64,000 nt of DNA from the human T2T-CHM13v2.0 reference genome, Homo sapiens. The position numbers were made by a program, and so were the translations under genes. The notes below the pieces were generated by a model, which worked only from the letters and a program-made list of their open reading frames with translations, ran no database searches and was not told the DNA's origin. Each line of letters begins with the position of its first letter. The first letter of the stretch is position 1. The stretch lies in assembly GCF_009914755.1 (NCBI RefSeq), contig NC_060947.1, one strand, 5' to 3'. Shown one piece after another: positions 37,600 through 51,654 of this stretch.

Positions 37600-39175
37600 C
37601 TTTCGGCAGATGGAGGGCCAATTCTCCCCATGAATCCAGCCCTTATTCCATCTCACCTAGGCAGGGGACTTGACTCCTTTAGTAAACCCTCCTGTCATGC
37701 CTCACCAACCCCTCTCTACTGATTATCCCTAAACTGTTGACCAACAGGCTCTCATCTCTCAAATCACAAAGAGAGAAGAGAATCTTTGCTTGTCCCTACT
37801 CGCTCCTCCAGTTCTGCTCCATTTTTCTTCCCATTTACATTGGAAAGTCTCAAAACAGTTGTCTACCCTATGCTGTCTCTACTTCAACTCCAATTCCCTC
37901 TGCAACCCTGTTCCATCAAATCCTTCCACTTTCCTCCACTAGCACCACCCTAATCTAAACCACCATCAGCTTTGATAGGAACTATTGAGAAAGCCTCCTA
38001 ACTAATCTCCCTATTTAAATTTTTAATCTCTTCTGAACCATTCTCCATATAGTAGTCAAGGTGGTCTTTTAAAAATGTAAACCAGATCTGGAATACTACT
38101 CAGCAATAAAAAAGAGCAAGCTATGGAAACACCCAACAACTTGGATGAATCTCAAGGGACTCAAAACCGAGTGAGAAAAGCCAATCTCAAAATGAATATT
38201 GTATGATTCATTTACAAAACATTCTCAAAATATCAAACTTACAGAAATGGAGGACGGATCAGTGGTTGCCAATGGTGAAAGACTTGGGGAACTGAGGAGA
38301 TAGTTATTGCTGTTTTATAATTACAATACAACAGGTAAGATCCTTGCAATGATGAAACTGTTTTATAATTGACCATGGTAGTGGAAAGAGGCCACACGTG
38401 ATAAAATTGTATAGAACTAAACACACACATACCAGACGTGCACGCGCGTACACACACACACAGTAGAAGTAAAACTGAAGAAATCAAAATAAGATTGGTA
38501 GATTGTATTAATGTCAATATTCTAGTTATCTTATAGTGTAGTCTTGCATTGGGGGAAATTGGGCAAGGGGGACCCCAGATCTCTCTGTATTATTTCTTAC
38601 AAATGCATGTGAATCTACAATCATCCCAAAAGACAAAAGTTTAGTTAAAAGAAATATAAGTCAGACCGTGTCACGCCTTGGGGTTAAGCCACTCATTCAA
38701 TGCCCTCCCATTGATTTTGGAATGAAGTGGCCTGCCCATGGACTGCACCTGCCCATGGACTAGTATGCAATCCACGATCTGGTCCCTGCCAACCTGTCCA
38801 GCCTTACTTTCTGGTACTCTCCCCAGCTTTCCTGGCGCCAATCATGATCACCACCTTTTAGTTCCAAAGCATCAAGATTTGGTCCCTCCTTCTGACTTGT
38901 TTTCTGGAAAGCTTTTTCCTGGCTCTTTCATATCTTTCAGGGTTCAGCTTAAATGTCACCTCCTCCTTTCCTAATCACACTATTTGTACTTTTCCTGCAC
39001 AGGCTTTATCCAAATTTGATTATTTTCTCACTTCTTTATTGTCTGTCTCCCCCACTAGATTACAAGCTCCCAGGGCAGGGTGCGTACTGTCTGCAGACAA
39101 CGCTGTTATCACCAGAGCCCGGCACTGAGCTTGGCACATGGCGAGGGCTCAGTAAACTGAATGCTGAGTGAATGA
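37600..39175 (+). mobile_element. L2 interrupted by an L1MD-like 3' end (~38090-38650)
   Basis: L2 3' end CCACTAGATTACAAGCTCC...GCTGAGTGAATGA; insert has GGAATACTACTCAGCAATAAAA...GCATGTGAATCTACAAT. Confidence 0.7.
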
Positions 39176-40700
39176 GACGCCACGCGCCGCTTTGCCATCG
39201 GTGCTTTCTGAGTGACGTTAAAACGCTCTGGATGGTGGCACTGGGATTATGGATGGGGCTTATTTAGCTCCCTCCGGCTTGCTACTAAGGGGAGGGGTCG
39301 TCGGTGGGCCTTTCGGCGCCGCTGCAAGCCACCGGGTTCCGAAGTCGGAGGCCGAAACGGCGTGGGCCCCGAACCGGGGCCGCTTTTCAGGGAGTGCGCA
39401 GGTTAGCGAGGACCCCGGTGAGGCGAGACGCCACCCTCACTTGGCTGTCTTTGTTGCTCCCACCTCCCCAGCCCCAGCCGCCTGCAGTGATTCGTGACTC
39501 CCGCAGGCCTCTAAGGACCGCTGCGCGAGGGAGGGGGCCCGAGGCGCCCCCGGCCCGCCCTCCTCCCGGTCTTCGGATCCGAGCCGGTCCTCGGGAAAGA
39601 GCCTGCCACCGCGTCCCCGCAGCCACCCTCTCCGCGTGCCCGGCCCTCTCCAGTGGCGGGGGCACGTGGGCGCGCGGGGTGCGTGGCAAGCCGCCCCTCT
39701 CCCCACGCCCGTCCGGCCGTCTCCCGCGCGCGCGCGCGCGCGCCCCGCACACAGCCTCCGTGCAGTGGGCAGAGCCCGGCCCCGCGCGCGCCCCGCCCCG
39801 CCCCTGGCTAGCCGCGCCCGCCCCCGCGCTCCTGCTTCCTCCCCTCTTTCCCTCCCCGCCTCCCCGGCGCGCACCCCTCCCCTCGCGCCCCTCCCGCGCC
39901 CTACATCCACCGCCCGGCGGAGGGGGCTCAGTCCGCAGCCGCCGCCGCCACCGCCGCGCCTCGGCCTCGGTGCAGGCAGCGGCCGCCGCCGCCGAGACAG
40001 CTGCGCGGGCGAGCATCCCCACGCAGTAAGCCCGCTTTCTTTCCGCTTGTGCGCGCGTGTGTGCCTCCCGCCCGCCGGCGTCCTGGGTCCCGGGGGAGCG
40101 GCTGCCCTTCTGCCCCGCCGCCGCCGCCGCTCGGGGCTGGTCCCTGCGGTCCCGGCTGCCTGGCCTTCCAGGGCTGGGTACTGCGGCTTCGGCGGCCTCG
40201 CTGAGGCCGGGGGCCAGGGGCCGTCCCGGGCTGCGGGGTGCGGGACGAGGGACTGCGAGTGCGAGGTCCCCCCTGGTGCGTGCCTCGGCCTTCCCTGGGT
40301 TTTTGGCTCGATGGGGACTAAGAGGCAGTGGGGTGGAGGTGGGGGGGATCGGGAGTGAAATGGGGGCTCTCCATGTTTTCCTGTGCGGGGGATGGTGGGG
40401 AGTGAGGAGGGAGTGAAGGGGGGGCCCTGGTTTTGTCACCAAGGATGGCGGGCAGTGGGGGGTGGGGCGAGGTGGGGACACCTCTTGGTTCTTTCAGCCA
40501 GGATAGCTAGCAGGGGCTGTGGGGAGCGGGTGAGGATGAAGCGGTGGGTCGACTCCCTTGGTTTTCCCATCAAGGATGGCGGGGATCGTGGAGGGGGGAG
40601 ATGGGAGACCTGCCTTGCTTCGCTCAACGAGGATGGCGGGGGTGGCGACGAGGAGTAGACGTGAGGGGGCCCGCCTCGGTTTTCTTGACTGGGATGCTTG
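39170..40700 (+). promoter_or_regulatory. FHL1: CpG-island promoter of FHL1 (TATA-less, multiple GC boxes)
   Basis: Abrupt rise in GC and CpG content; CCCCGCCCC Sp1 boxes at ~39791-39803; E-box CACGTG at 39663; surrounds exon 1. Confidence 0.92.
39930..40025 (+). other. FHL1: FHL1 non-coding exon 1 (5' UTR); start approximate
   Basis: Matches my recollection of the FHL1 mRNA 5' end; donor GCA|GTAAGC; no ATG. Confidence 0.85.
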
Positions 40701-43520
40701 TGGGGTGGTTGGAGGATGGGGGTGGGGTGCAGAATAAGGAGGGAGGGGGAGGGCCCGCTGTGGTTCTTCTGTCCAAGGGGGATGGCGCGGGTTTGGCGAA
40801 TGGGGGTGGGGAGGGGGTATTTCAGCTCCAGCGTGGAATCTAGAGAAGCACGAGGAAGGTTCTATCACGGGGGTTGAGCCTTAGAAGGTGGGTTTTCAAA
40901 ACTGCAGGGCGTGACCTCTCCCGCCTCGAAAAACGTGAAATCCTTACAAGGTGCCGTCTGTTCTAGGCTCTGGGACAGAGGTTTCTGCTTTCGAAGTTTC
41001 TCTTCCTTTCCTCTCTGCTCTTAGCGTCCAGGACTAGGTAAAGGTTAAAAAATCATCAAGGCTAAGCGACTGTTGTGTCGTTCGTGTTGAGCGCTGTATT
41101 ATTTTCTGCATTTGGGAATGTGCGAGTTTCTCAGGTTTGTTTTGATTGCCTTTTACAATAAAAACCCCATACTAGGGAGATCCCTTAGGAAAAGAAAAGG
41201 ACAAGGCTTATTAATGGGATGCCAGGTTTGGATTTTGAATTTCCTGAAGGGCAGGAGATACATCCTTGTAGCATTTCGCTTGGTTTTGAGAAGAGTAGAA
41301 GTAGTAGAATAAGCGTATGTATTTGCTGGAAGTCCCCTTGTATTCATTTAAATTATCCCTTCGGGATTATCCGAGCCCCCTTTGATTTGGGTTTGGAATA
41401 GATCCAGTTTTCCTAATTGGAGCCATCATCTTGTAATTGCTTGTAATTCTTCTCTGGGTTATCAAGTCTATGGCAAGCTTATAGAACAGCAGGAATAATT
41501 TTTTCCGTCATCTTAAGACAGTTTTAATGTAAACGTTACGGTGTTCCTTGCAAATGTGAACATTTGCAGAATAGCACAAGTTTAAATTATGGGCCCCCCT
41601 GGAATTTTGTAAAGCCTTTCCTGCCCCAGCTCATCTCCAAGAACCGGGCCCTCCCGATCCTTACACTGAAGAAGCAAGAGCTTCTGGGATGGTAGCTTTG
41701 CCTTTACAAACTCATGTTCATGTTTGCTTAAGAAGAATACGTATTAAGCAGGCATTTGCCTTTTATGTGGTGAGACTATAGTGTTTTCCCATTTTTGGTT
41801 ACATAAGGTTCCGATCAAGTCTTTACCTTCAGTCTTTAAAAATGCTTATTTAACATTTTTAAGGGCAAATATAATCTTTATGCAACAGGAAATTGGTCAG
41901 ATAGGCCATGATTTGTGCAAACCACCTCACGATAAGTACATAGTCTAAGACTATCATATAGATTCTGTAACCATATATGGTTTTTGAAATTCTAGGCTAC
42001 CATTCCCATATTTAATTTTCAGAAAAGGAAAATATTTTTTTCAGCCAAGTCTAGATTTTTGAGTGAAACTAAGAAAAATTGTGTAAGATTTAAATTGATA
42101 AAATTCCTCCTGTATAATACCAGTGCATTGGAGGTAATTTAATATATATTAAATGAATCGACCGCTAAAACAAAATAATTATTTTTTTTCCTGGAAGTGT
42201 TAAACTGGAAATGTTTAAGGGGAAATAGATTTTTAGTCACAAAGACCGACAAAAATGCATTTATTTACACTATTGTATTATAATGTTAGTATGGTATTCA
42301 TTCTGTGCCCCCAAATAGCAATTGAAAAAATAGCATATTTTTATAATAAAATTTAAGCATAATGTTTTTTTCTCTGAGGAGTAGAATGCAGAAAGTGGTA
42401 AAAAATCTTTTACAGAGAGAAGCATGTTGATAGGAAGTGGGCTTTAAGTTTCTCTCTGGACAGAAGGTGTAAATGGCGTATCTTTTACCTGGCTTTTTGA
42501 GAATCTGTTGCCCTCTAGGACATGAAAGACATTTCAGGAATTAACAGAAGTCGGATCAAATTCTCTTGCTAGATGTTCTTAAAGATTTTGCTGATACGCA
42601 TTTGAAAATTTGTAAATCACGTTTTCATGTAAGAAATTAACCCTCACCTCTAAAGTTTGAGCATTAAAAAAGTTTGTTGAAGGCATGGAAGGTAATCTCC
42701 TGTGACTGAACCCTGTTTTCCCACTCTCCACCTCCTAGTTCCCTTCTTCCCCATGCCTCTCCTTTCTCCCCCGTCCGGTGCCAGCAACATTGGCTTTTAT
42801 AACCTTATGGGAGTTGAACCAAATATTCCTGCTTGCTCGAACTTGAGGCCTTATCTTTTTGGCTGCTTTCCCCAGCTTTTGCCTACTGAACTTTTTTTTG
42901 TTAATTGAACTATCTAGTTGTTTGGATTTGGGGTAAAAGGGAGTAGACTGTAATTGTTTTTTCTTAAAAGATCTTTTCTTTTAGCTCCTGTGGGACAAGA
43001 GCAGAGAAAGGTTCTTTTTTGGTCAGTGGTGTACTTAATTAAGCAGAATATATGACTTTTCGTTTATTCAACAAACATTTGCCGAGTTACCTCCTCTGTT
43101 GGAGGCTCCATGCTAGGTGTGGAGTTATTTGGTTGATAAGAAATGGCTTCCACCTTTCTGGTGAAGTTATGAAAATGAAAAATAGACAGTGAATCTGTTG
43201 TGAGTAATCAAGAATTGTCTGGAGTTTTTTGGACAGACAAAAAAGATTTCTTGATGTTTACATTCAGCTTTGTATTACTGTATAGAGTAGGGAGAAGTGG
43301 ATGGCCAGCATCCCTTCCTGCGACTTAATGCATCTCTGATGGCAAATTGGGCCTCCCCAAAATATTTTTCTGGGGTCAACTTTGAATTATGGATAGTAAT
43401 GGATGATGGAGCCCAGAAGAGTGGATAGTCCTAAATAGTAGCTCGAATAAACCTTTGACCTTCTACAGGGTTGCTTCCTGAGTGCCTGGAGAAATCCCCT
43501 CTTTGTGGATAGTGCCACAC

Positions 43521-43703
43521 TGGTGGTTTTCAGCCAGGGCGCTTTTGCCCCCCGGGGTCACTCAACAATTTTTGCTAGATGCACTCCACTGGCATCCAGT
43601 TGGTAGAGACAGGGATGCTGCTTAAATATCCAACAGCGCATAGGGCAGTGCCTGGCGGCAAACAAAATTATCCAGCCTGAAATGTCGATAATGCCGAGGT
43701 TGA
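43521..43703 (+). mobile_element. MER20 (hAT-Charlie)
   Basis: CTGGCATCCAGTTGGTAGAGACAGGGATGCTGCTTAAA...AATTATCCAGCCTGAAATGTCGATAATGCCGAGGTTGA. Confidence 0.8.
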
Positions 43704-43827
43704 TGTAATTTCCTCTACATAATGTAGCAGAACATAATTCCAGGAGAGTAGAGAACAATAACAGCGTCTTGAGGTGACTGAGTAGTTGGCGGAGCTCACT
43801 TTATTCGTCTCAAAAATGACTAGTTTC

Positions 43828-44760
<933 letters not shown>

Positions 44761-44835
44761 TACTCTAAAGGTAGGAAGTAAGTTGAGCCTCTTGGAGAAA
44801 GGAAGGTAACTGGCTCTGGGTAAAAAGTAACTTCA

Positions 44836-45140
44836 GGCAGAGCGCAGTGGCTTACGCCTGTAATCCCAGCACTTTGGGAGGCCAAGCCGGGCAGATCACC
44901 TGAGGTCAGGAGTTCAAGACCAGCCTGGCCAACATGGTGAAACCCCGTCATGGCTAAAACACAAAAATTAGCCAGGCGTGGTAGTGGGTGCCTGTAATCC
45001 CAGCTACTCGGGAGGCTGAGGCAGGAAGAATTGCTTGAATCCAGGAGTCGGAGGTTGCAGTGAGCCGAGATAGCGCCACTGTATTCCAGCCTGGGCGACA
45101 GAGCTAGACTCCATCTCAAAAAAAAAAAAAAAAAAAAAAA
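44836..45140 (+). mobile_element. AluSx-like
   Basis: Full dimer with A-tail. Confidence 0.92.
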
Positions 45141-47101
45141 GTAATTTGAGAGGTAACACGTAGTAGACGTTGGATTATATTCAGGTAGAGAATGGAGAGA
45201 TGAATTGCTATACCTTCCTCATCTGATAAGAATCGAATTCTACCTGGAATTTGTTCTAGAGATCTACTCAAATTGAAACAGTGATTGTCATTTTGTCAAA
45301 CTTCATTTTCTATCTCACCTGAATTTTCCAAGCTGTGCTTTGATAACCATGAACCTGGAAGTTATGGAAATCTGTGCTTAACCTTTCGGTAGCTCACCTT
45401 CCACCTTTCTTAGGGCTGTCCTGTAGAACTTAGGAGTGACAACATTTGGTTTTTGTCTTCTTTTTACACAATTTAAACATTTGTGCTTGCTATGGAAATT
45501 GTTTTTATAATACGCGGCATCAAATTCATTCTTGTGTTTTTCATATGGGGTTGTTTTGTTTTGACAACTAAATATTTACTTTAAGTTTTAACGTGTTTTG
45601 TTTCGGAGCACAAAAAGAGGAAACATTTAAAAAACAGCCCAATCACAATCATTTTGTCTGAAAAGCATTTTTTTGCGGGAGGTGGGGGGGGGGCAGGAAA
45701 AGGACCACATGTTTAATTTCATTTGCTTCAATTGGAAAGGAATTTTAACCACGATTCTCAAGGGCCAGGATGCTGGAAAAAAATGTTATTTAGATAAAAT
45801 GCCTGTTTTGATATCCACATAGAACTGTGAGCCATAGATTCTGATTATAATAATAATGTCCTGATTCTACTACAGCAATCAGCCACTTGAGTAATCAACC
45901 ACTGTGTATAGACAGACATGCATGGTGGTACCATCTGATTTGTCCCATCACCCATTGATTCATTCTAGAGTAGACTTGAGAGATCTGATAGAACTTGCAA
46001 GAATGAATGATCCTTTTGAAAATCAAATTTTTCAATAAGAATGGTACATTTTATTGTAGGAAAATGCAGAAAATATAGAAAAGCTTCAAGAAGAAAACCA
46101 AAATCAGTCATAATCCACCACCCCAAAATTAATGACAATATTTTGTATGTCCTTTAAAAATGGAGTACTTTCTAAAAATGGTGGATTCAAGCCCATTGCA
46201 AAACCTCCAACTTATATAGTGTGTTATTTTTTTTTAAATGACTAGATTTTCTGAACGACTGCTACATCTCTAGATGGAAGTCATGGTCATAACCCATGAA
46301 AAGGGAAAGCTGACAGGTAGTTGGAGAACTATGCTATAGCCTCTTCCTGGCAGCTATGTAAAGAAGCTTAAGGGTAGCTCCTTCAAATTTCTCCTCTTCC
46401 AGCTTGAATGATCAAGTTTCAATGCTAAAAGAGGCTGTTAGTACCCACCCCCCATTATTTTACAGATGAGGAAACTGAGGCTCAAAGGGGTCAAGCACCT
46501 AATGTGCTAACGTCAGAGTTCCAGCTTGAATTTTTAGATTGTCTTCATAGGTAGGTAAATTTTTTATTTCCTAAAGATTCTTCACAGTCAAAAACTTTTT
46601 CATGGCCTGACCCTCAAAAGAACAAGCTATTGTGGTGGGAGTATACTATAAAGGATACTAAAAGGCCAAGTATAATAACTTGCTAATTTCAGAATATGTT
46701 CCGAACAGCTGTGGGCAGTACAGGAATTTTTCATGTTATTTGCTTTATTGTAATTGAACATTTAGTGATGGGGAACCTCTTGGATGGGTCTAGCTCTCAG
46801 TTTAATTTTCTCTAGCCTATGAGGCAAGTGCCAAGGCATATGAAGTATGCCTATAGGTACAAAAATGAAAGATGACATTGAAAGAGTCTTTAGACATGGT
46901 AGCCTGGAAGATCGCAATTAGGGCTTTTGCTCCATGAAAGTATTTTTTTCCTTTATAAAGGGAGATATCTGTTGAAATTGTGGGATAGAGATTTTAAAGA
47001 TTGCATCTGCTTCCAAACTAAGGTCAAAAGTTAAATTGTAGTAAATGTGTGCAGTGTGGTATCATTAAACTGTACACACATACGTGAAATTGTTGTTTTA
47101 A

Positions 47102-47407
<306 letters not shown>

Positions 47408-47987
47408 TAATCTGGCATTCTTAAAAAAATCAGTTATTTAGCTTTCTTCCCCCTCTTCTCCTGCCCCATTTCATTTCTTTCTGTAGCTGTGAGGGTCATT
47501 CTCTCTTTGTATCTGTTTCACTCTCAGGGTGACTCTTTTTTCAGTCCACCTGACTGCACTCACTTTCCTTTTTCCAGGCTCTCCGTGGATCCATATCCTT
47601 CTATCACATTCATCTGCCACTGCATCTTGCCCTTGTCCCCGTTTGCCAGTGTTAACAATTACCCCACCCTGGGCTGGGCCAGGGCTGTTTTTCAGCTTAG
47701 GCCGGGCAGGGAAGCTGATCTCCAGGGCAGATGTGGAGTGAGAAGAGTTGTTGTCACTCTATACAGAAATGTCATTGACAGAATAGGATTAAACAAAATA
47801 TGTACAGAGATTACATAGGCTATGTATACATGTAAACTTGTGAACACAAAATCATTCCTTCTTTACAGCTAGGGTCCCAGCAAATGCTACAGCTACATGA
47901 AATAATGAGTATGGATACCTATTGCCGAGGGCTTACTATTTGAACAAGTGAGAGAATTGTACTCTTGCCTAGGGGTGTATTTTTAAG

Positions 47988-48667
47988 TAGTTTTTGCTCC
48001 TGTTCCTTATTATTGCCTGCTAATGGATACGTATATTGTCAGTAAGTGACCAACTCTCCTAGCTTCCTGTAGTACACTGTATTTCTCTTCTGAAAATGGA
48101 TTTTCCTCTGTATTTAAACCACAGATTTACTTGTGCCTCATTTTTGAACTACTATAGATAAAAACTCACAGATAGGAAATACCTGTGGACTGTTTGAAAT
48201 GCAGTGAAACCTAGAAAAAAAAAACAATCAAAATAATAAGTATCTCCTGTCGGCATTTTACTGCTTGTAGAATTGATATTCTATTTGCCCACATAAAATC
48301 TCTCTGGATGTTATTCCTATTGCAAGACATAGTAGCTTTTCTTCCTGTTCCTTGTTATTGCCTGCTAATGGATATGTACATTGTCAGTAAGTGACCGGCT
48401 CTCCACAGCTTCCTATAGTACACTATTTCTCTTCTGAAAATGGATTCCTCTGTATTTAAACTACTGAGATTTATTTGTGCCTCATTTTTGAACTACTATA
48501 GATAAAAAAGGCACAGATAGGAAATACCTGTGGACTGTTTTTGAAATGCATTGAAACCTAGAAAAAGAAAATAACAATCAAAATAATAAATATCTCTTGT
48601 AAGCATTTTACTGTTTCTTTTTACCCACATAAAAACTGTCTGGATGTTATTCCTGTTGCAAGACATT
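47988..48667. repeat. Tandem duplication, ~340-bp unit x2
   Basis: TCCTGTTCCTT(A/G)TTATTGCCTGCTAATGGATA...GGATGTTATTCCT(A/G)TTGCAAGACAT starts at both ~47998 and ~48343. Confidence 0.93.
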
Positions 48668-48682
48668 AAATGTTCTATAGCC

Positions 48683-48966
48683 TTTTTTTTTTTTTTTTGA
48701 GACGGAGTTTCGCTCTTGTTGCCCAGGCTGGAGTGCAATGGTACAATCATGGCTCACTACAACCTCTGCCTCCGGGTTCAAGCGATTCTCCTGCCTCAGC
48801 CTCCCAAGTAGCTGGGACTACAGGCACCCACCACCATGCCCAGCTAATTTTTGTATTTTTGGTAGTGACGGGGTTTCACTGTGTTGGTCAGGCTGATCTC
48901 GAACTCCTGACATCAGGTGATCCGCCCTCCTCGGCCTCCCAAATTGCTGGGATTGCAGGCGTGAGC
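48683..48966 (-). mobile_element. AluS, slightly 5'-truncated
   Basis: TSD TGTTCT(A/G)TAG. Confidence 0.9.
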
Positions 48967-51294
48967 TGTTCTGTAGACTTTCTAATAACAAGAATTTGTA
49001 ACAGTCACAAGGTTTTAAATTTCCTTTTCAGTACTAAGGAAATGATAGCTGGGAATGCAAAGGCTTTATTGGCAAGATTGTTTTGACAAGGATGGCACAA
49101 AACTAAATTTCTATACTTGATTAATTTATAAGTCTTGTCACTCACTTTTAGTTTTAGAGTGTGGATAAAGCTGTTTGATTCTTGTCAGATTTGAAATGTA
49201 TGATTTATGAGACATTAAGGATTGGTTTTTCAGTGCACTCTGCCAGGTCTAGTTTTATGCGTCATTCTGGTTTGGGAAGCTGAGTGCAAGTCTGCCTACA
49301 GACATAATCAATCACCTGCACTTTCGGGTGGCCAGGTGGACTGAAGTAACAGGTTTCCCCCCAGGTTTCTCAGAGACTAAGGAATACACACACACACACA
49401 CACACACACATAGGCAGACCTGCAAATTATCGGTCCAAAAATATTTATATCACTAAGCCAGAGCAGTGGATTTAGACATTTGACTTAACAAAATTTGTTT
49501 TTCAACACGTTCTAGCAACTACCCTGTAAATGATCGTCATTTCACCTACAACAATGAAAAGATAAAGTCCTCAGCTGCATAGCTTCTAGAGGCTAAAGAG
49601 GCACGTTAAGTTGCTTGTCAAAGACTCCACACCTTCAGATGCCAGGGTCAACACAAGTTTTCAAACCCTAGACCCAATCCCTTCTAGGCCACAGAAGGTC
49701 TGCCTCTTGTAAGGAAGGAATTTTCCAATGCACTAAGCACAGCTAATCACACTAAGGAAAGAAACCAAGCAGCCAAACTAATATGAGGAAGTGAAAGTTT
49801 ATACTTGCATCTTATAGCAGATGGCCTTTGTTAGAGCCACTTTTAAAATATCAACTTCACCGAGCATGATTTAGGTACAAAAACCGGCATCCAATTAAAG
49901 CCTCCAATTTGATGAGTTTAGACAGATGTATATACCCATGAAACCACTGCCCCAATCAGGATGTGGAATGTTTTTATCACCTCCACAAGTTTATCCTTGC
50001 CCCTTTTCCAGTAACATTCTTCCCCCAGCCCCTTTCCCCCAGATATCCCGTTATGCTTTTGTGTGAGAGCCACTTTCAAAACTCAGATTTGAAAGTTTGT
50101 GGATCTTCCTCTATAAAAAGACTATATTTATGTCCAAAATGCAATTGTCTTCTCTATGTTTAAAATAATACTACAGAGAAATTCTAGGTATTGATTTCCT
50201 AGAATCTTTCCCTCATCCTCTGCAAGTAAGCTACTTAGTAAATAGTTTCATTATGTACTTGAATTGAAGAGAAATTACAGCCAAGAGAAAAACAATTCTG
50301 ATAGACAGAAAAGCAGTGTATGTTCTTCTCAAGTAGTTACAGTGAGGTGTTAAATCCCTCAAGAACCAGAGAAGTAAAATTTGAATTTTGCTTCGTACTT
50401 ATTTGTAAAGTAAAAATGAAGACTGAGAATAAAGGTTTTATATGTATCTATCTGTCTAATCATTCATCCATCCACCCATCCCTCCAGCTAGTGTGTGTAT
50501 ATATGTTTCTGTATAAAATTACTATGTATTAATAACCCTATCCCTTGAGGATTACAAAAGATTTGAAGGCTTCAGAGGGAATTTTCTGTGCATGAAAGGT
50601 GTACTGTCTTTACACACTTAGGTGCAAAGCAAGTTTTTCATATGCTGTTATTACTCTCATTGATATATTTAATTGAACTAATAATTATTGAGCAATTTAA
50701 AGGCTGCTGCATTGAGATGGAGTTTGTCCCTTCGTTTGTCACCTTCTAGAAAAATCCAGGTGTCAAAAAATATCTCGCTGGCTCTCTGTTCTGTTGCTAT
50801 TACTTCGGCATGCGTCGTCTCCTCTTGCCACTCTCGATTTCTACTGTTTCTGCCCTATCTTCCTTCCCTGATTTTCCTCCTCCATGTCTTTCCCGTATCC
50901 TGATGCCACTTCTCTTGCACTGCTCTGATTTCTCATGAGAAAGCCATTTTTATAAACATCTCCAGACCGAGAGGGCAGCAGACTAATTCCAATGTGTCAG
51001 ATAGCATCTTGGAGGCTGTTTCTCCTGTGATCCAACACTTTTTTCACACTCCTTTCCAGTTTCGAGCTGTACTGGAAATTGGAGAGTTGTGAAAGGATGG
51101 TTTTTGGATAATCAAAGTTGAATATACTTGCTGGGCTGTGTTATGACCGTCTTTGAAGCCACGAATCATTAAAAATAAGTGAATAGTTTACATTATAATA
51201 TTCCTAGGAAACTTCCTTTGATAATTGTAAAGCAATTAAAATTGTCCTGAGATAAGGTGATTTATTGTTTTTCAGAATGGGCCATAAAGATATT

Positions 51295-51570
51295 AAAGAA
51301 CCCATTCAACATTTGTCAAAACCCATAAAATGCACAACGCAATGAATGAACCCTAATGTAAATCCTAGACTTTAGTTCATTATAATGTATTAACGTTGGC
51401 CCATCAATTGGGACAAATGTACCACATCAATACAAGATATTAATAATAGGGGAAACTGGGAGATGGATGCTAAGGAGGTATACAGAAACTCAGTACTTCC
51501 TGCTTAGTTTTTCTGTAAACCTAAAACTGCTAAAAAAAAAAAAAAAGTCTACTAATTAAAAAAAAAAACT
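51295..51570 (+). mobile_element. L1MC1/2-like 3' end
   Basis: CATTTGTCAAAACCCATA...GAACCCTAATGTAAA...TTTTCTGTAAACCTAAAACTGCT plus A-tail. Confidence 0.8.
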
Positions 51571-51654
51571 CTTCAAATGTATGGGTTTCAGAAATACAAA
51601 GACTAGATCAGGAGCTTTTTATTATTACCGTGTGGATTAAAGTCTACTGTTTGT

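Noticed and set aside
39944-39955. Perfect Kozak context GCCGCCACC in exon 1
   Set aside because: It is followed by GCC rather than ATG or a near-cognate codon, and is part of a short interrupted GCC repeat.
39304-40481. Long ORFs (240-364 aa) on both strands of the CpG island
   Set aside because: They are low-complexity Arg/Pro/Ala/Gly translations, expected where GC-rich DNA lacks stop codons; they overlap in several frames, have no recognisable domain, and some cross the exon 1 donor.
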